This document shows positions 36,960-48,812 of a stretch of DNA of 64,000 nucleotides, piece by piece. Each line of letters begins with the position of its first letter. The stretch's first letter is position 1. Origin of the DNA: Selaginella moellendorffii (Eukaryota; Plantae; Lycopodiophyta). A program made the translations under genes and the position numbers. The stretch is from positions 1,433,544-1,497,543 of the forward strand of contig NW_003314269.1 in NCBI RefSeq assembly GCF_000143415.4. Reading direction: 5' to 3'. The notes beneath the pieces were generated by a model. That model saw only the letters and a list, made by a program, of their open reading frames with translations, did no database searches and had not been told where the DNA came from.

Positions 36960-38312
36960 ATTTTTAGAGTCAACACTGTAACAAAGACCTCACACAACTA
37001 AACAACTCAAATGAGCTCTCTGGGCTCTCCTTGCCAAATTTACCTCCAATCACAATTTGTTTTGGAATCCTTGGCATGTTCTCCGGCAGCTCTGCCACAT
37101 CATCTGTCCAATGAATGTGAATCACCTCTTTCCTCACTAAGCCCCCAATCAAGGAGAGTGCTCTTGCACCTGTACTTCCTTTCCATGTGCATGAAAATGA
37201 CTTTTGCCTCCACCTGAATATCCTCCTCTCAAGCTTCATGATGGTATCCGTGTACGAGTTCTTTTTCAGTCTATAGATTAAAGACCTGGATGACGAGCCA
37301 CAAGATCAAAAAACTCTTGCTTTGAACATGGTGCTTTTTCTGGTTGAACAATGTCCCACTGTATACTGTCTGCAGGATCACGAATTTGGTAAGCCAAGTA
37401 CAGGCCAACCCCAAAATCGAACTTACTCGGTGGTGAAGGCAACTGGAGCTGCATGTGATGGAGGTCATCACTCAACCATGTGTGGTGTGGTACGATATCA
37501 CCTAGCGTGAAAGGTGCACCTGCAAAATACAAGGATGAGGTGCGAAATGGGAAGTATGCTTACCGTTATTCAATAGCGTTTTCAGCCGAATCATAAACGC
37601 AAATTCAAGCACGTCCGCATCCTCCTTGTTGATGAAGTCAAGGGCGGCCATAGATCCCTTAATTCGCTGCCAGATAAGTGTGTCACGCAGTAAGCTACCA
37701 GGGGCAGGAACCTGACACGGAACTGCAGCAAATTTGGCGTCACAGCACCAGACACCTTGCGTGCTTTTCTTAGTGGACGATCTCGCTCTGCTTGAATCAA
37801 ACCGACTATGCCTTGTCCTTCAAGATCACCCCAAGTGTCATCACTGCCGTCCCACACTTTCTCCCCTCGTGTCACAGGAACTCCGAGTTGAGAAGTGTAG
37901 ATGGCCTGGAGTATCAAGCGCGTTTTGCCTTTGTTGTAGTCAGTTCTTAAGTACTGACTGCTAAACAGGGTCCATGCGTTGTCAAGCATGCTCCTTACTT
38001 TCCTTTTATCCAATCCCTCCTGCAGCTCCCTGTTCAGTTCATGTAGACTAATAGACCGTGGGAGCTCTGTCACCAGAGAGTTGATAAGGAATGAGAGCAT
38101 TCTCGGATTACTGCCCGCAATGCCGATCACCTTCTTCCACTCATCTGTAAGCATGACACGAGGCCCCTGGTTTTTCACCACCCTGCCAAAGAATATCTGG
38201 GCCACGTCATTCATGTCGTCAATTGTCAAAGGTGGCAGAGGAATATGTCAACAATTAGTTGTAGGACTCAATGAGGACACCCATAATACCACAGTGGTAC
38301 TATTTTTATTTT
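36960..38312 (-). pseudogene. Crinkler/RHS-like (NTPase C-terminal part + putative PD-(D/E)xK REase) gene relic, 5' part missing
   Basis: HIPLPPLT..AGSNPRML, AIY..PVTRG..TWGDLEGQGIVGL, FFDLV..IFMHMERKY; several in-frame stops and frameshifts; a splice acceptor near 38313 and an intron at ~37520-37563. Confidence 0.45.
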
Positions 38313-38450
38313 CTGCAAGAAAAGAATTTTAGTTAATGAAACTAACAAAAGGTATAAAAAAAATCAAACAATTGTTTTCAAATAAAAAGACAAAAAAGGT
38401 GGTAGGCAAGAGTTGGACCTCAAACAGTTTTAGGGTCTCGGGGCTTGAGG

Positions 38451-41308
38451 TTATTTGAATAACCTTGGCCAGTTAAAGTCCGAAGCATCCGTTTCTACCT
38501 CAAAGTCCTTACCAAAGTTTGGCAATGCCAACACGGGAGCCTTCCTCAACTTCCCTTTGAGGTGGACGAATGTCACCTCGCATTCTGCTGTCCATACCAT
38601 CTTCCCTTTTAGGGCTACTCTCGAATAGTGTCTGATAAACTTTCGGTAATAGTTGCATAGCCCCAAGAATGCCCTCAACTCATGTACATTTGATGGTCGC
38701 TCCCATTCCTGGATCGCTTGGACCTTCTCCGGGTCCACTTTGAGCCCGTCCTGGCCCACCATATGCCCAAGAAACTTTACCTCTTGTTGAGCAAAGTCAC
38801 ATTTGCTTTCTTTAGCATACAATTTGTGTTCCCTTAGTTTCTCAAACACCTTCGCCAAGTGTTCAGCATGCTCCTCTAGTGTTTCGCTATAGATCAGGAT
38901 GTCGTCAATATTGACGACCACGAAGTGATCCAAATAGGGTACAAAGATGTGGTTCATCAGTGGCGAAAACGTTGCCGGTGCATTGCATAGCCCGAAGGGC
39001 ATCACCAGAAACTCAAAGCTCCCATACCTCGTCCGACAGGTTGTCTTCTCGACATCTTCCTCGGCTACCCTGATCTGGTAGTATCCTGACCTTAGGTCAA
39101 TCCTCAAGAAGTATTTTGCCTTTCCCAACCTATTGAACAGGTCCTCAATCCTTGGCAAAAGGTACTTGTTCTTCTTTGTATACTTGTTGAGCAATCGGTA
39201 GTCTATGCACATGTGCATAGATCCATCTTTCTTTTTCACAAATAACACTGGCGCCCCATACGGCGACTTGCCCAACCTAACATACCCTTTGTCCACCAAC
39301 TCCTCTAGTTGGCACTTGAGCTCCTTGAGTTTTTTTTCGTTCAAACGATAGGGGGGACGAACCACCGCCTCAGCACCCTCGACCAGCTCAATCTTATGTT
39401 CTATCGGTCGTGCGGGGGGCAACCCCGCCGGTAGCTCCTCCGGCATGGTATCCTGGAATTGGTCTAACACCCGCTGGATCACTAAAGGTACTTCTTCTGT
39501 TCCTATCTTTTTGTCACTCTTCACCAAGAGTAAGCACAAAAAGGCTGTCTTAGTTCCTTTAGTGAGTTGTCATCTCGTGGACACCAGGTTTAAGCAGGAA
39601 TCTTTGGCCTTGCTTTGCCCTATCTTTAGATCTTGGGCCTCCACCCTAGATCTTCTTCCTTGGGCATTCGCTAGTACCACAAGGTTCATACCTTGTCCAT
39701 GCAGAGCTACCACGAACCGATTGAACCAATCCATTCCGAAGATCACGTCAAATCCCACCATGTCCAACACGGTGAAATGCATGTCTACTTTCCATGTCCC
39801 TACTTCGACTCTCGCTTGTCGAAGTACCTCATTGGTGTTTTGGCTACCTTGAACAAACTCTATAGTCCTTGGTTCTCCTAGCCGCTGCACTGTTAGTCCG
39901 GCTTGCCGGACTATGTCTGCAGCCACAAAATTATCCGAAGCACCCGTGTTAATAAAGATCTTAACAAAGCTACCTCCGAGCTTCCCTCGAAGGGCCAGTA
40001 TATGTCGCGAACGACTCTTTACCAAAGTTGCTCGTGTAATGAGTAACTTTGAGTTAGGGACTGGATCACATACCTCAGTTTGGACTTCACCCGACTTGAC
40101 GGCCATATTGGCTCTGGCCTTCTTCGGGTAGGGACATTCCTTTAAAAAGTGTCCCGCTTCACCACAGTTGTAGCATACATTGTTTCCCACGCTGCTACAT
40201 GACTTGACCTTCTTATCCATGGGTTTATCTCTTTTCGCTTGACTCCCCCACATACTCGCTCGCTGGCCACCGGATTTGCCTTTCCGGAGCCCCGAGGGCT
40301 CATTCTTAGAGAAACTCTTCTTGAATTTCCCTCTGTTATACGTTCCTCTTGGTTTGGCCCCTTTGCTAAACATGGATCCCGACCCCGTCGTGTTCCCCTT
40401 TCGCAGGTTATCGTTGAAATGCACCTTGATGGCCGCATCCAACGCTTCCTTGTAATTGGTCGGGTTCCACCGCATCACCTCACCACGAGCCTAGGTTTGC
40501 AAACCTGATATGAAGGCATGGAACGCATCCATATCCCCCATGTCCGTGACTAGTATCCTCTTTGCCATAAACCCATTCACATACTCCTGAATGGTTCCGG
40601 TTTGCTTCAGCCTACTCAGCTCGTCCCTTAGATGCAGGGTAGCATTCGGAGGAACGTATGTTGCGCGGATCCTCGCCTTCATCATGTCCCAAGTGGCCAC
40701 CGGTCCTTCGTTGGCCTCTGTTGTTCTCCACCAAGACTTGGCATTATCTGTGCCAATTGTCCTTCTAAAACGTCCAATCGAGCCTTGGACGACCGAACCT
40801 CACCACCGGACTCCTGTTTGGAAGTTTCCTCATTGGAGTCCTCCTCATGCAAGGATTCTTCATCCATAGCCTCTTGTTCGACCGGAGGCTCCAGCTCTAG
40901 AGGAGGTTCCGTCCCTGCCTTGGTTCACTTTCGCCCTGCCTTTGCCATCTCCTAGCAATCTGCCTCTATCCTTCGCTAGAACTGAGGAAAAGGCTCCAAT
41001 ACCAAATTGTAAGCCACAAATTTTTCCTTTCCAATTTGCCAGCTTACCTCGTCTATCCGACCATGGCTTGTGCTAAGTTCCCTCGCCAAGGTTCCCGCCT
41101 ATTGTACCAGCTCCTACTTGGTCCTACTTGGTTTTAGCTACTCACTGCACGAGCAACAGAGTGTTAGCCATCCATCTACGGATTCCTAAATCTCTCATAA
41201 TCCCCCTCCCCCGGGTTAGACTGGACTTAAGGTTTGGCTACACTCCCCACAGGCACAAGCAGCCAAACACACCAAGCCTCCAGGTTCCTAACACCCCTTG
41301 GTACAACA
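38451..41308 (-). mobile_element. Second Ty3/gypsy element (Tf2/chromovirus-like RT), truncated inside RNase H, with mutated catalytic motifs
   Basis: CYNCGEAGHFLKEC; INTGA (protease D>N); [16 protein letters not shown]; IDLRSGYYQ; NIDD (Y>N); ETDASD followed by the break. PBS TGGTATTGGAGC at 40993-41004; LTR from 41008, far end approximate. Confidence 0.85.
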
Positions 41309-41575
41309 AGACTTGATCATGGGACCCTCTAAATCCCAAGCCTTGGGTGCAACACTTGCTTCGGGACGTCGGGGCGAAACACCGTGGCCTAACGGCCCGG
41401 TATGGGTACCTCTACCCCCCCACTTCCATCCCGAAGGGAAGGCCCAAGCCCCTAGGAAGGGCGAGGACCAATGAGCCATAAGGTACTCAAGTGGGGCACC
41501 ACTCCACATGAGCTGGGAGCACTGCAGTCGGTTTCCCTTTCGGGAGTGGGAGCTGCTCTTGAGCACTTCCTTGGA

Positions 41576-41675
41576 NNNNNNNNNNNNNNNNNNNNNNNNN
41601 NNNNNNNNNNNNNNNNNNNNNNNNNNNNNNNNNNNNNNNNNNNNNNNNNNNNNNNNNNNNNNNNNNNNNNNNNNN
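41576..41675. other. Assembly gap (100 N)
   Basis: Run of N. Confidence 1.
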
Positions 41676-41857
41676 CAACCTCAAGTCAGTTTGATAGCAC
41701 CACTAGAGAGTTCCGTCAAGACTGGTTCCTGGACCTCACTATCCCTACTATACTTTTGGAACCCCCTGCAGACCCCCCCCCCCCCCCCCTGGGAGATGCA
41801 CGCTTTGGGCTTTCACCCCTTGACCTGTAATAGTATTTGGACTTAGTTTCATATTCA

Positions 41858-42085
41858 ATCTTGGACTCGACTTCGGACTCGGTCTCGGACTTGATCTCGG
41901 ACGCGATCTCGGACCCGATCTCGGACTTGACTTCGGACTCAACCTCAGACTCAGTCTCGGACCCGATTCGGATCTCGGACTCTGTCTCGAACTCGGTCTC
42001 CGATTTGGCCTCGGGCTCAATCCCGGACTCTATCTCGAACTCGGTCTCAGAGTCGGTCTTGGACTCGATCTTCGACTCGGTCCCA
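41858..42085. repeat. Degenerate 6/12-bp periodic repeat (TCGGAC / TCTCGGACTC)
   Basis: The minus strand reads as ESE/KSE/GSE-type peptide repeats. Confidence 0.85.
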
Positions 42086-42379
42086 TCCGATAAACTCTTT
42101 GTCATTTCGGTCATGCTTTCGGGGATCCTTTAGCCTACGACATCTCGGGGAGTCAGTTCCTTACAGTTACCCCGCTTGTCAATCCATATTCGCTCTAACC
42201 TTGGACTTCCCAGTGGTTAACTCATCACCCAACACTTGGGTACAGCCTTCCTGGGCCAAACTAGCCTTTCCTGGCCAAATTGGCTCCACTGGGGTCCAAC
42301 CCCCACACTCTCCCTACTATACTTTTGGACCCCTCTAGGGGACGATCGCTTTGGGCTTTAACCCAACAGCCTGTATTAG

Positions 42380-42800
42380 TATTCGGACTCGAACTCAGAC
42401 TTGGTCTCGGACTCGGACTCAGTCTCGGTCTTGGACTCGACTTGGTCTTGGTCTCAGACTTGGTCTCAGTCTCGGACTTGGTCTCGGTCTCAGTCTCGAT
42501 CTCAGTTCCATCTCAGACTCCATCTTGGGTCCATCTTGGACTCCATCTCGGACTCCATCTCAGGTCCATCTCGGACTCCATCTTGTGCTCCATCTTAGAC
42601 TTCATCTTACGCTCCATCTTAGACTCCATCTCGGGTCTATTTTGGACTCTATCTCGGGCTCCATCTGGGACTCCATCTCGGGTCCATTTCAGGTCCATCT
42701 CAGACTCCATCTGGGGTTCATCTCAGACTCCATCTCGAGTCCATCTCGTACTCCATCTTAGGCTCCATCTTGGCTCCATTTCGGCTCCATCTCGGACTCT
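42380..42800. repeat. Periodic repeat switching from 6-bp (GTCTCG/GACTTG) to 12-bp (CTCCATCTCGGA) units
   Basis: About 20 imperfect CCATCT units at 12-bp spacing from ~42507. Confidence 0.85.
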
Positions 42801-42839
42801 ATATGTTGAATTGAGTTGGCATTTGATGCTCACATAAAC

Positions 42840-45500
42840 CTTTGTAGTAGGGATATGGGCATTGCTCGTGGTGTTGCTCAATTAATGATTACATACAATA
42901 GAAAGTAATGTATTTATGAAGTTGTTTGGTTAAACGATGATCAACCCCAAAGTGGTTAATGGACAAGCTAGTCTACTTGCAAAAAGTAGCATTGAAGTAA
43001 CTTTGACTAAATTCTCAAAGTGATCCATTATGCCAAATTTAAATTGGTACTTTATTTCCTTGAGGGTTTGCCCATTGAGGTGTTAGAAAAGGTTATAACA
43101 TTCATTTGTTATAGCTTGTTGGTTGATTTGTTAACACTTAGAGTATATTGTTGGATGGAGAAAATGTGAAGTTAAGGCATTAACATTACTAACACTTATG
43201 CTAGTGAATGTGGCATTCTTATATTGAGTGATGAAGAATTTACCTTAAAGCTTGATTTTCCATGTCATTTTTTTTGTTAGTGTTTTGGTTTCATACTAGA
43301 TCTTGACAGTGATTGAAGAAAAGTGTTGGTGCAATGTGGATATCCAAATATATAGTCTTCGTGATTGAGTTTTGGGTATTTATTTTGTATTTTTATGGAT
43401 ATTGATGTTAGATATAAAAAATATGGGCATGATGTTCGATACTTTAGCATGTTATTGGGTCATGAGATGTGTTGAGATGAACTTATGTGAAGTTGTTAGT
43501 AAGAGGAAGTTGGTTGAGTTTTGGGAATTGTATTCCTAGACTAAATGTCATTCTTTCTTTAGAATAGAAATTTTCCACAAATTTTCTTAGAAATTTCTAA
43601 TGGTTGATTTATTGATTATTTTGTTCGAAAACCATTCTATTTTTGAAGGCCATTACAAACTAATGAAAGGGTTGGAGTTGACTTCGGTTATCTTAAACCT
43701 TAATATGTAGTTTGTATGATGCGACACGAAAAGGATGCTGATATTTAGGGCTAAGGCAATTGAGTTGGATAGAGTCTAGAGTTGGTATAAAAGAGTGACC
43801 ATTATGCTTTTTTAGAAAGGTGACCCTTGTATTTTTCTTTTGTAGTGTTATACTTAGTGGTAGGTTGCTCCTTGCATTTTGTTAAACTCTATAAAAGTAG
43901 TGAGCTCTCACTGATCTTAATTTGGTTTTGGTGGCCCTGTGCCTTGGTTGAGGATGGTGATGTCTAACTTAATTGTTTTGTGGTTGAGGTGTTAGTACCT
44001 ATAGTATAACTTTGTTTATGAGGAGGTTATGTACCATATAAGTCCATCTCATGGTCTTCACTTTAGTTTCTACTGAGTGTTAATCATGCATAGCTAGCCT
44101 CTTCAAAACATGCTTAGAGCTATTAACTACACATATTAGTAAGCTTATTGCGGTTGAGTTAAATTCAAGTGGTCATTTAGTCCATACTTGTCTATATACC
44201 TAGGGTGCTACCTTCTTGTTGGACAAATATATGACATGATGATATGGGTTTAATATTTAGGTCTTATGAAGGCAAGTTAAAGAGTGATTGTTGGTTACTC
44301 TGCAACTAATAATTGCTTGTAGACTTTGTTGAGGACTTTTGACACTTGCTTCACTCAATAAAGATTTATTAGTGATGGGTTTGCTTTATTGAATGGTGTT
44401 GCAAAGGATCGTATTTAGTCTGTGATATTGAATTATATTGAGTATTGGATGTAGTATCTTCAACTTTCATTAGCTTAGTTGCTAAAGAGTTTTGAATGAG
44501 GCATTGATATTGAGTTTCATTAGTCTTAATATAGATAATGTTAATGATTTGGCTGTAACTTTATGTTCTTTGGTATTTATGCATTTGCTAATTAGTAATT
44601 ATGTTGGCGTTTAAATGAGCTGAGTAGTAAATTGAGTTAGTTATGTTCTAGACAAAATTATTTAATAGAGGTTGAGTTTTGGCTTTGATTTGTTTTTGCA
44701 TTCTTTAGCTTTGCTTTGATGTTGATGGCATTGAAGTGATGCTTTGTCGTTGACATTGTTAATGTTGAGATTTGAGTGAAATGAAATGTCTCTCTATTTC
44801 CTTGAAACATAATTTAGTCGTGGATTATGCTATCTTTACGAGAAAAAGAGTTAATGATCAATATTAAAGTGATTAAATCCTTGTTGGATTAATCACTTCA
44901 ATATTGATCATTAACTCTTCTTTTCGTAAAAGTTAAGGATATATCGTTTGTTAATGATTCTTTTTGTGTTTGTTATGAAGTGAGTTACGTTGTGATATAG
45001 ATGGATTCATAGAGGATAGGTTTAATGATCATTTGTTGAGCATAACTTCATTATGCTTAATTTTTGGATTGATGCAGACATGCTCTTCATTAGCTTTGGC
45101 ATTATGAGATATGTTGAGGAGAATATTATGGGTTGTACCATGATTTTTTCTTTGACATTGAAGTTAGTGTATATAAGATTTGTGATCATTATTATACAAG
45201 ACTTGGCTATAGACTTCTTCAAGCTTTTGGTTCTTTGAGTTTTATGCTTATTAGTCCATTTATTAAGAGTTGTTGGGGAATGCGAAGTCATAGCACCTAA
45301 ATGTATACTCACTCGGATCATTGTTTTCATCTCTACGTATGCAATGAGACTACTTGCCCAAATCTCATTAGATAGTACTTGCTAAAACTCATCCTTTGAT
45401 ACCAAATATAGCATATATGGTTTTCACCCTTTATTCTATAGTGATTTACTATAAGATAACCATGAAGTGGAATTTAAACCTTCTATATACCACATGTCTT
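42840..45500 (-). mobile_element. Old degraded LTR-retroelement internal region
   Basis: tRNA-iMet-type PBS TGGTATCAAAG on the minus strand at 45394-45404; no intact ORF. Confidence 0.35.
44835..44930. repeat. Near-perfect ~45-bp inverted repeat (hairpin) with 5-nt loop
   Basis: tttacgagaaaaagagttaatgatcaatattaaagtgattaaatcc-ttgtt-ggattaatcacttcaatattgatcattaactcttcttttcgtaaa. Confidence 0.9.
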
Positions 45501-48500
45501 AAGGACAGAAGAGTGGAACCCAAGTTTTAAAACTTTGAGCCACTAAATGAAAGAACGGAGCCAAACTCCCAAGTATAAAGCTGAGGAACAAAAGAACTAG
45601 AGTATGGAGTGACTTTTGAGCATTCAACCCAAGGAGCAAAGAGACAGAAGGGACATAAGAATAGTCGTAGACCATCCAACATCCCAGGACTAGCATGCAA
45701 AATAAAGTTATATAGAGTCTGACACTATTTCAACATACTGATGGCCTAATACAAGGATATGAGTACTCCACCAGCTAACATGGAATGGTAGAGCCAAGTT
45801 GAACGTAGAACCAAGACAAGCACGTAAACAAGAGCTAAACTATACCTCAGATTGGTCAACCATGCCTAATTTACCCATTATCCCTACTATACATTTGGAA
45901 CCCCTGCACCCTTAGTACCAAAAGTTAATCTCTGGGACAAGTTTAAAATTTACTAAATATAGAATATTCCTAGATTGCAAATTTAAACACGAAACGACAG
46001 AACAATCTCTACATTCCGTAGATATGCCAAATGAGTATATTTAGGCACTTTCCATAAATAGCAATTAAGACTGGAACAAGACCAACACAAGGGGCACAAG
46101 GCTGTTTAACAGACATAGTAAACTATCATTTAACGAATATTAAATGACCAATTTTAATATTACGAGAGTTCCCAACACTAACAAGTGCAAGCTAATGATA
46201 GGAGTTTCTCAAACTAGGCTGAATATGCTCAATAAGAAACACATAGGAGTTCCTACCTTATATTTATCCAATTTAAGTATATGGTCATTGATTAGTTTCT
46301 CAACTAACTTTAGTGGAGACTGATAAAGGGTTTAACAATACCAACTTCCTGTCATCGTGGCAGTAAGGAAAGAATATTTGAAAGGACTAACCAACAAGTA
46401 ACTTTTGATACCCGAAGTCACATTTGCAATAGTAGTGCTCACTAACACTACCATTAGGCTAGATCCTGAAGGCCCAACCATTATATACTATTGACTTTTA
46501 GGACTTCCTCACCACGTAACTATACCCTTGGTCACTATGCAAAAGATATGCTCCTCTTCCTTTTCACAGTTTGGACTTTTGGGATGACATTTTGAAATAT
46601 TATGGCTTTACATGAGTCTCGTGGGTACCGTGCCCCCCCCCCCCCCCTTTTTGTCTCTAGAGTGAGGTTCAAATGAGCCACTCTAGGTATCTAAGTAAGT
46701 AGATTAAATTGAGAGTATTGACCATTTGATCTCTTAGGGAAGTTAGAGTTGGCTCTTGAACACTTCACTAAGTTACCCCACTTGTCTGTCCATGTTCACT
46801 TTAATATTAGATTCCTTAATGGTTATATCATCACCCACCAAGTGGATATAACCTTCCTAGATCACATTAGCTTAATCCGGCCAAATTAGTTCCACTAAAG
46901 TCCAACTCTTACACTTTCTTTACTATACGTTTGGAACCCCTTGCAACCACAAGCTGATGGAGCAGGACTTTGAGGGGCTATGGAAAGGCACAATGGAATT
47001 GTGGCCAAAGCTTGTAGCTGAGGAGATGAGCATTTCATCATGTATGACAAGGAGTTATAAGGGTGCACAGCCGAGTCAAGTGCAAGCAGTCCAATTTTTG
47101 CAATTGCTGACATTGCAATGGAATCTCTGCCTTTCAATGGGGTGGCTCCCATGGAATGTTTCTTGAGCCTTGACATCAATGTAAGCTCTATGGGATGTTG
47201 GTAGATCCTTTGTGCATGGAGCAGGCAGTGCCATCCAACAAGGGTCTTCAGGCCGTGCTTGACAGTGAGGTAGAAGCAAAAGATGACAAGCCTGGAAGTC
47301 GTGGCTTGAGAGGCCTCAGGAGAATCAGATTATCGTGGGCCTGGGAGCATTCTGGGATCTTGTGGACCAGGACTTGGTTGATATTATGTTGGCGGACACT
47401 TCAGCGTTGGATCCATGCAAGCCGTGTGAAAGGTTGCAGAAGGAGAGTGTCCAAAGTATGTTCCCTTTCAAAAATCTGGGTTGACGCTAGATGATAGGGG
47501 AGTCCAAATTCCCAGTTGTCCAAATTTCAACCTTCGAACACACCTCGAAAGTGTTTTTGTCAGTATGATTTTTCTAAATAAAATTGTCTTGTCTTTGTCG
47601 AGGCCATTTCTAAACTCACAACCAACCAGAATATTTTATATCAGGAAAGGGAGCTACTACAGCTAACAGATGATCCCTGTATCAAGGTGGTGTTCTATGG
47701 GATGAGCTGCACCAAGTGCAAACACATAAACCATTCTGCTGAACGAAGCATGCATTGGCTGAAATACTGAAGTCGCAAATATCAACAAAGCTAGCTCCCT
47801 CAATAAGAAAAACTGACAGGAAATTTAGCCAGAAGCTGACACTCATGGAGTGGTTCGTTTAATTTTTATGGTTTGGTTCTTGGTGCCATTTAATTACTAG
47901 AAAAAAGAAATACATTCTGTTGAGAACACTATTCCAAGGTTCTATGTGTCCTTTCGTCATCTTAAGCTTAAGAATTTCTCACAACAGAGAAACTTTGCAA
48001 GGGGCCAGAACGACCGATGCTATGGGTGCCTCTGAGCATTGCAGGAGGCAGCAGTTTCTAATCGACCAGGGTTAGACGATCCACCTCTTCAAAAGCAAAA
48101 TGGTGATGTAGCTGCCTTTGGAAGTCTCTTCTGTGGACGTCATAATGTTGCCATCTTCTTCCTTCAATAGGATAAAAGTGGAGTCAGCCCAGAAGACCAA
48201 GTGTCTCCCTAGTCTCACCTGTGTTCGCTCCCTGCAATAAGAAAATCGTAGCCCCAGCAAGCTGAAATCGTTTTGTCCTGCTGAATTTCTATGTGATTTT
48301 CTAATAAAAAACTTATTGTCTATCTGGCCCTGGGAATTCCATTTTAATATCACTTCTGGTTTCGCCACGATTCGAACCGGAAAAGAAAGGAACCTTAAGA
48401 GAATGCAATAACCAGAAAGACAGATAGCGAAACCATTGACTGAAATGGCAAAGCCAAGCATATGTATAACATGTCGCTGTGCCCGATATATTGGCTAGGG

Positions 48501-48549
48501 TTAGGGATGGTTCCGCTGTAGGTTTCTCGCCATAGCTTTTTCTCTCTCG

Positions 48550-48812
48550 GCCGCTTAGCCGATGCTTCTCCAACGACGGGCGCGTTGCAAGTCAAGGTAA
48601 GAAAAAAGCTAGGCTCAGGTGAAAAAAAAGACGAAAGAAGAGAGGCTCAGGTGAAAAAAAAGAGTGGCTCAGAATTATCTATCAGATTATCTGCCGCTTA
48701 GCTGGCTTCTCCAACTGCATTGAGCGCGACGGAAGAAAAAGCTAAGGTAGGAAAGAAGAGAGGCTCAGGTGAAAAAAAAGAGTGGCTCAGAATTATCTAC
48801 CAGGTTATCTGT
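48550..48812. repeat. Local tandem duplication of ~120-140 bp
   Basis: gccgcttagc..cttctccaac twice; aggctcaggtgaaaaaaaaga three times; gtggctcagaattatcta twice. Confidence 0.8.

Noticed and set aside
41716-42837. Periodic repeats as a CRISPR array or real genes
   Set aside because: No unique spacers, the context is eukaryotic, and the ORFs arise from repeat periodicity.
46957-47494. Possible PPR-like fragment (YGMLVDPL)
   Set aside because: Only one weak motif with many stop codons; no family call is supportable.
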